NCBI GenBank assembly: GCA_043228905.1 | Contig: JBHGNT010000012.1 | Span: 20,150,001 to 20,214,000 of the forward strand | Source of the DNA: Azolla caroliniana | Taxonomy: Eukaryota; Plantae; Polypodiophyta | Reading direction: 5' to 3' | Length of the DNA: 64,000 nt | Program-made: the position numbers and the translations under genes | Notes under the pieces: model-generated | Database searches by the model: none | What the model was told of the DNA's origin: nothing | What the model saw: the letters and a program-made list of their open reading frames with translations, nothing else | In this document: piece by piece, positions 61,214-64,000 of the stretch | Layout: the number at the start of each line of letters is the position of its first letter | Numbering within the stretch: the stretch's first letter is position 1

Positions 61214-62949
61214 TGTAAATGCATGAGTTTTTTGTTTTGTTATAATTATAATAGTGTAGGTTAATCCATATGAAATATGTTATTCTAGAATAGTGCTCCA
61301 TACGGTAAAACATTTTCCCCATGTGATCAATGTGATTACTCAAATGCACTTTGGCTCATAGTTTTCGAGATTTCAAATGATTTATTGAGTTTCAACTCAC
61401 ATGGTATCGTACAACTAGTAATAAAATCAACATGTGATTTTCGTTCCTTGACATGCTTAATAAAAAACAATTTTAACTCACCGATATTTTAAGCAAACAT
61501 TTATTTATTTTAAGGTTGTAATTTGATGAAACTCAAAAGACTTCTGCATTACTTATATTGTTTTTTTGAAGTAGGATTTGTGCTTCAAATTCACTAGAAA
61601 TATTATTTACTTGAGGAACGATCAAGTTACTTGGAATCAGGATTCAAAATACAATTTTATTATTTATAACGAAGACATGGATGACACGTGGTATAGTTTT
61701 GGGCAAACATGTTGTTTAATTAATACAAAAACATTGTCGGAATTCTAATTCTAAACCAAGAACATCTCCCAAGGAACATATGTTTTTTAGTGATTACGAG
61801 ACACCATGATTAGAAGGAATCTTAAATAATTGTATAGGTAACAAAATAACATGACACGTTTCTAAACCTCTTTGGCCATTCCATGTATGTATGCCACAAT
61901 GGTATATGAAAATTTTAAGCACAATACCTTTTGAAAATGTTTTCCATGCTTGAGATTATTGGGATACATGCCTCCAAGTAAGGATGGTCCTAGATAATAG
62001 ATATGACCAAATACATCGAATGGAAGAGAGAGATGAAATAAGTTGAAACATTTTTCACATATATTGTTGCGCATGTTGGAACGTCAAGATCAAGAACAAA
62101 CAAGATAAAGATATAATAACACTCAAGATTATTCTCAGAAACAAAATGCGTATTTTATATATTTTTATTGCACACAAATAGGCAACCCAAATTCCATTGT
62201 GATATTGTAGGTAAATCAGCTTACAATACCATATTGTATGACTCATATAGTATTTACAATAGAGAGTCATACAATGTCAACATGGACTCATATCACATCA
62301 ACATGGTACGTACAACATGGACTCATATAAGTTGTGTATGTATCCATGGATGCTAACTTAAACCTCAAGGATCCTATGCAATTTTAAGCCAAAGGTTATC
62401 ATGCATCTGTAGGTAATGATTTATTTAGATGTCTATCAACTCTAAATATTTTTAATACATTCCTTTTTCTACCAAATTATGGGAGGAAAATGTTTTTATA
62501 ATATATGTTGTTTATAAGCATACATGGATATAACCCTATATAGAGGATATTATATCATGAACATATTCTATATACCTTCTTTTATTTATTTAGCATATAA
62601 ACTAGTCCGATCAATGTTGAGAAATTATGGTTTCCTTAACCCATTTATGTGATGCATCTAGAAGTTCATTACACATGACAAGGAATTTTATTGAAGTCAG
62701 AAGGACGTAAACGGACAAGGGCCTTTTAAGCTTTCACCTTTGGATGACATCACAAAAAACCTCACAATTTTTATTTTTTCTATTTGGCTTTCTTTTGTCT
62801 CTCATTTGGTCCTTTTATTTTTACCCTCATTTATGATGTATATAGGACACTCCAATGAGAAAGACCAATTATACTGGCATATTGTGAACCCTCCAAACCT
62901 CCAAACCCAAGTAAATAAATGGCGAAATTAGGGCTTGAGCCTTAAACAA

Positions 62950-63215
62950 CAACATTATCTTTTTTGTGCTTGTCATCTTGTAGAGTGAGAGAGAACTGTT
63001 GTACATGGTATTGTACCGACTTTGGTGAATAATGAAGCTTCCAACTCAAGAATTTTGGATTGAATTTGTGTCATCGTATTGATTCTGTAAGTATTATGTG
63101 CCATTGCCCAAATCTAGCTACTAATTGTCTTCTTTTTGGGTGTAGTATCTTTAGGTCTTTAGGATTTAGGTCAAACCTTGGGTTATCCTAACTCTAACAA
63201 GTGGTATCAAAGTGA
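62950..63215 (+). mobile_element. Probable LTR 3' end and PBS of an old LTR retrotransposon
   Basis: ..CTCTAACA-AGTGGTATCAAAG at about 63192-63212; left boundary unknown. Confidence 0.5.
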
Positions 63216-64000
63216 TAGGATTGTCTTCAAGTGGATAAGAAGGAAGATCATTGGCAAACTTGACAATGATCTCAAGGAGGTTGTGCAAAAAGGCCACAAG
63301 AGAAGAAGAGGACAAACACGTGATTAAATCAACCGTGGAGAAAAATGGATGAGTTTAGATGAGGTAGGAACTTAATCACTAGAATATATTTTCCATATTG
63401 TCAATGTTGTCGCACAAGTCAACAAGTGGGTCATCACACACAAGAAGATTCCCAAGGGGATGTCATGACCCCATGAAGAGGAGGCTCAAATGTCAAGAAG
63501 TTTATCGACAAAAACTTCAGTACCTTATAGATGAATCAATGTACAATATTGTGATGTAGTGTGCGTGAGGCATGTGATAAATGTGAATAGTCCACATACT
63601 TTTTTGATGAAGCTAGGGCCCATGCCCGTGGGTGTTGGACAAGTGCAAACAAAAGAATAAAAGAAGTGATGCATGTTAAGAAGAGATGTTAATATTTGCT
63701 TGACAAGTGTCCCTCCATCAGTTGCCTCTATGTCAATATGTAGATTATTATACTTTACACCTAAAACGAAGACACATACACACTTGTGTCACCCCTCCCC
63801 CTTTCTTTACCTTTACTTTATCTTGTGGTACCCCTTCACCGATACCTTTTTAACACTTCAACTTTTGGCATATAATCATTGTGTGTAAGTCATGATGAGA
63901 TGAAAGGACTATGAGAGAGCTCTTCATTACAAAATCATCGCTTGTAAGGAGTATTATATCAAAATCCCTTAGTACTCTAAAACTATATATGTTATAGATT

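Noticed and set aside
59900-62400. Possible decayed DNA transposase around the MITE
   Set aside because: No convincing catalytic motif could be read in any frame

Overview
Eukaryotic, AT-rich, intron-containing land-plant DNA. The gene and TE content would fit a seed-free vascular plant such as a fern, but the species cannot be fixed from sequence. Five host genes were reconstructed by hand: an intronless AN1 zinc-finger (SAP-like) gene (+), BCCIP/Bcp1 (-, 7 exons, one GC-AG intron), CPL1-type RNA Pol II CTD phosphatase with two dsRBDs (-), RAD51C (-, 10 exons over 10.4 kb) and ubiquitin-activating enzyme E1 UBA1 (+). Most of the rest is nested transposons: RTEX/L2-like and L1 LINEs, Copia elements, a solo LTR and hAT-type MITEs with 8-bp TSDs. 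The most unusual structures are in RAD51C introns. One is a TG...CA fold-back element with about 300-bp inverted arms and a 5-bp TSD, whose pieces (with a Copia LTR/PBS junction) are block-permuted around a coding exon. The other is a tail-to-tail Copia pair cut at the same integrase codon with a MITE on the axis. Also notable: a LINE family associated with (TC)n tracts, one of whose 3' tails sits as the branch-point/polypyrimidine tract of a CPL1 intron, and an apparent nnTnnAnn hAT target preference. All family assignments are from motif recognition, not database searches.
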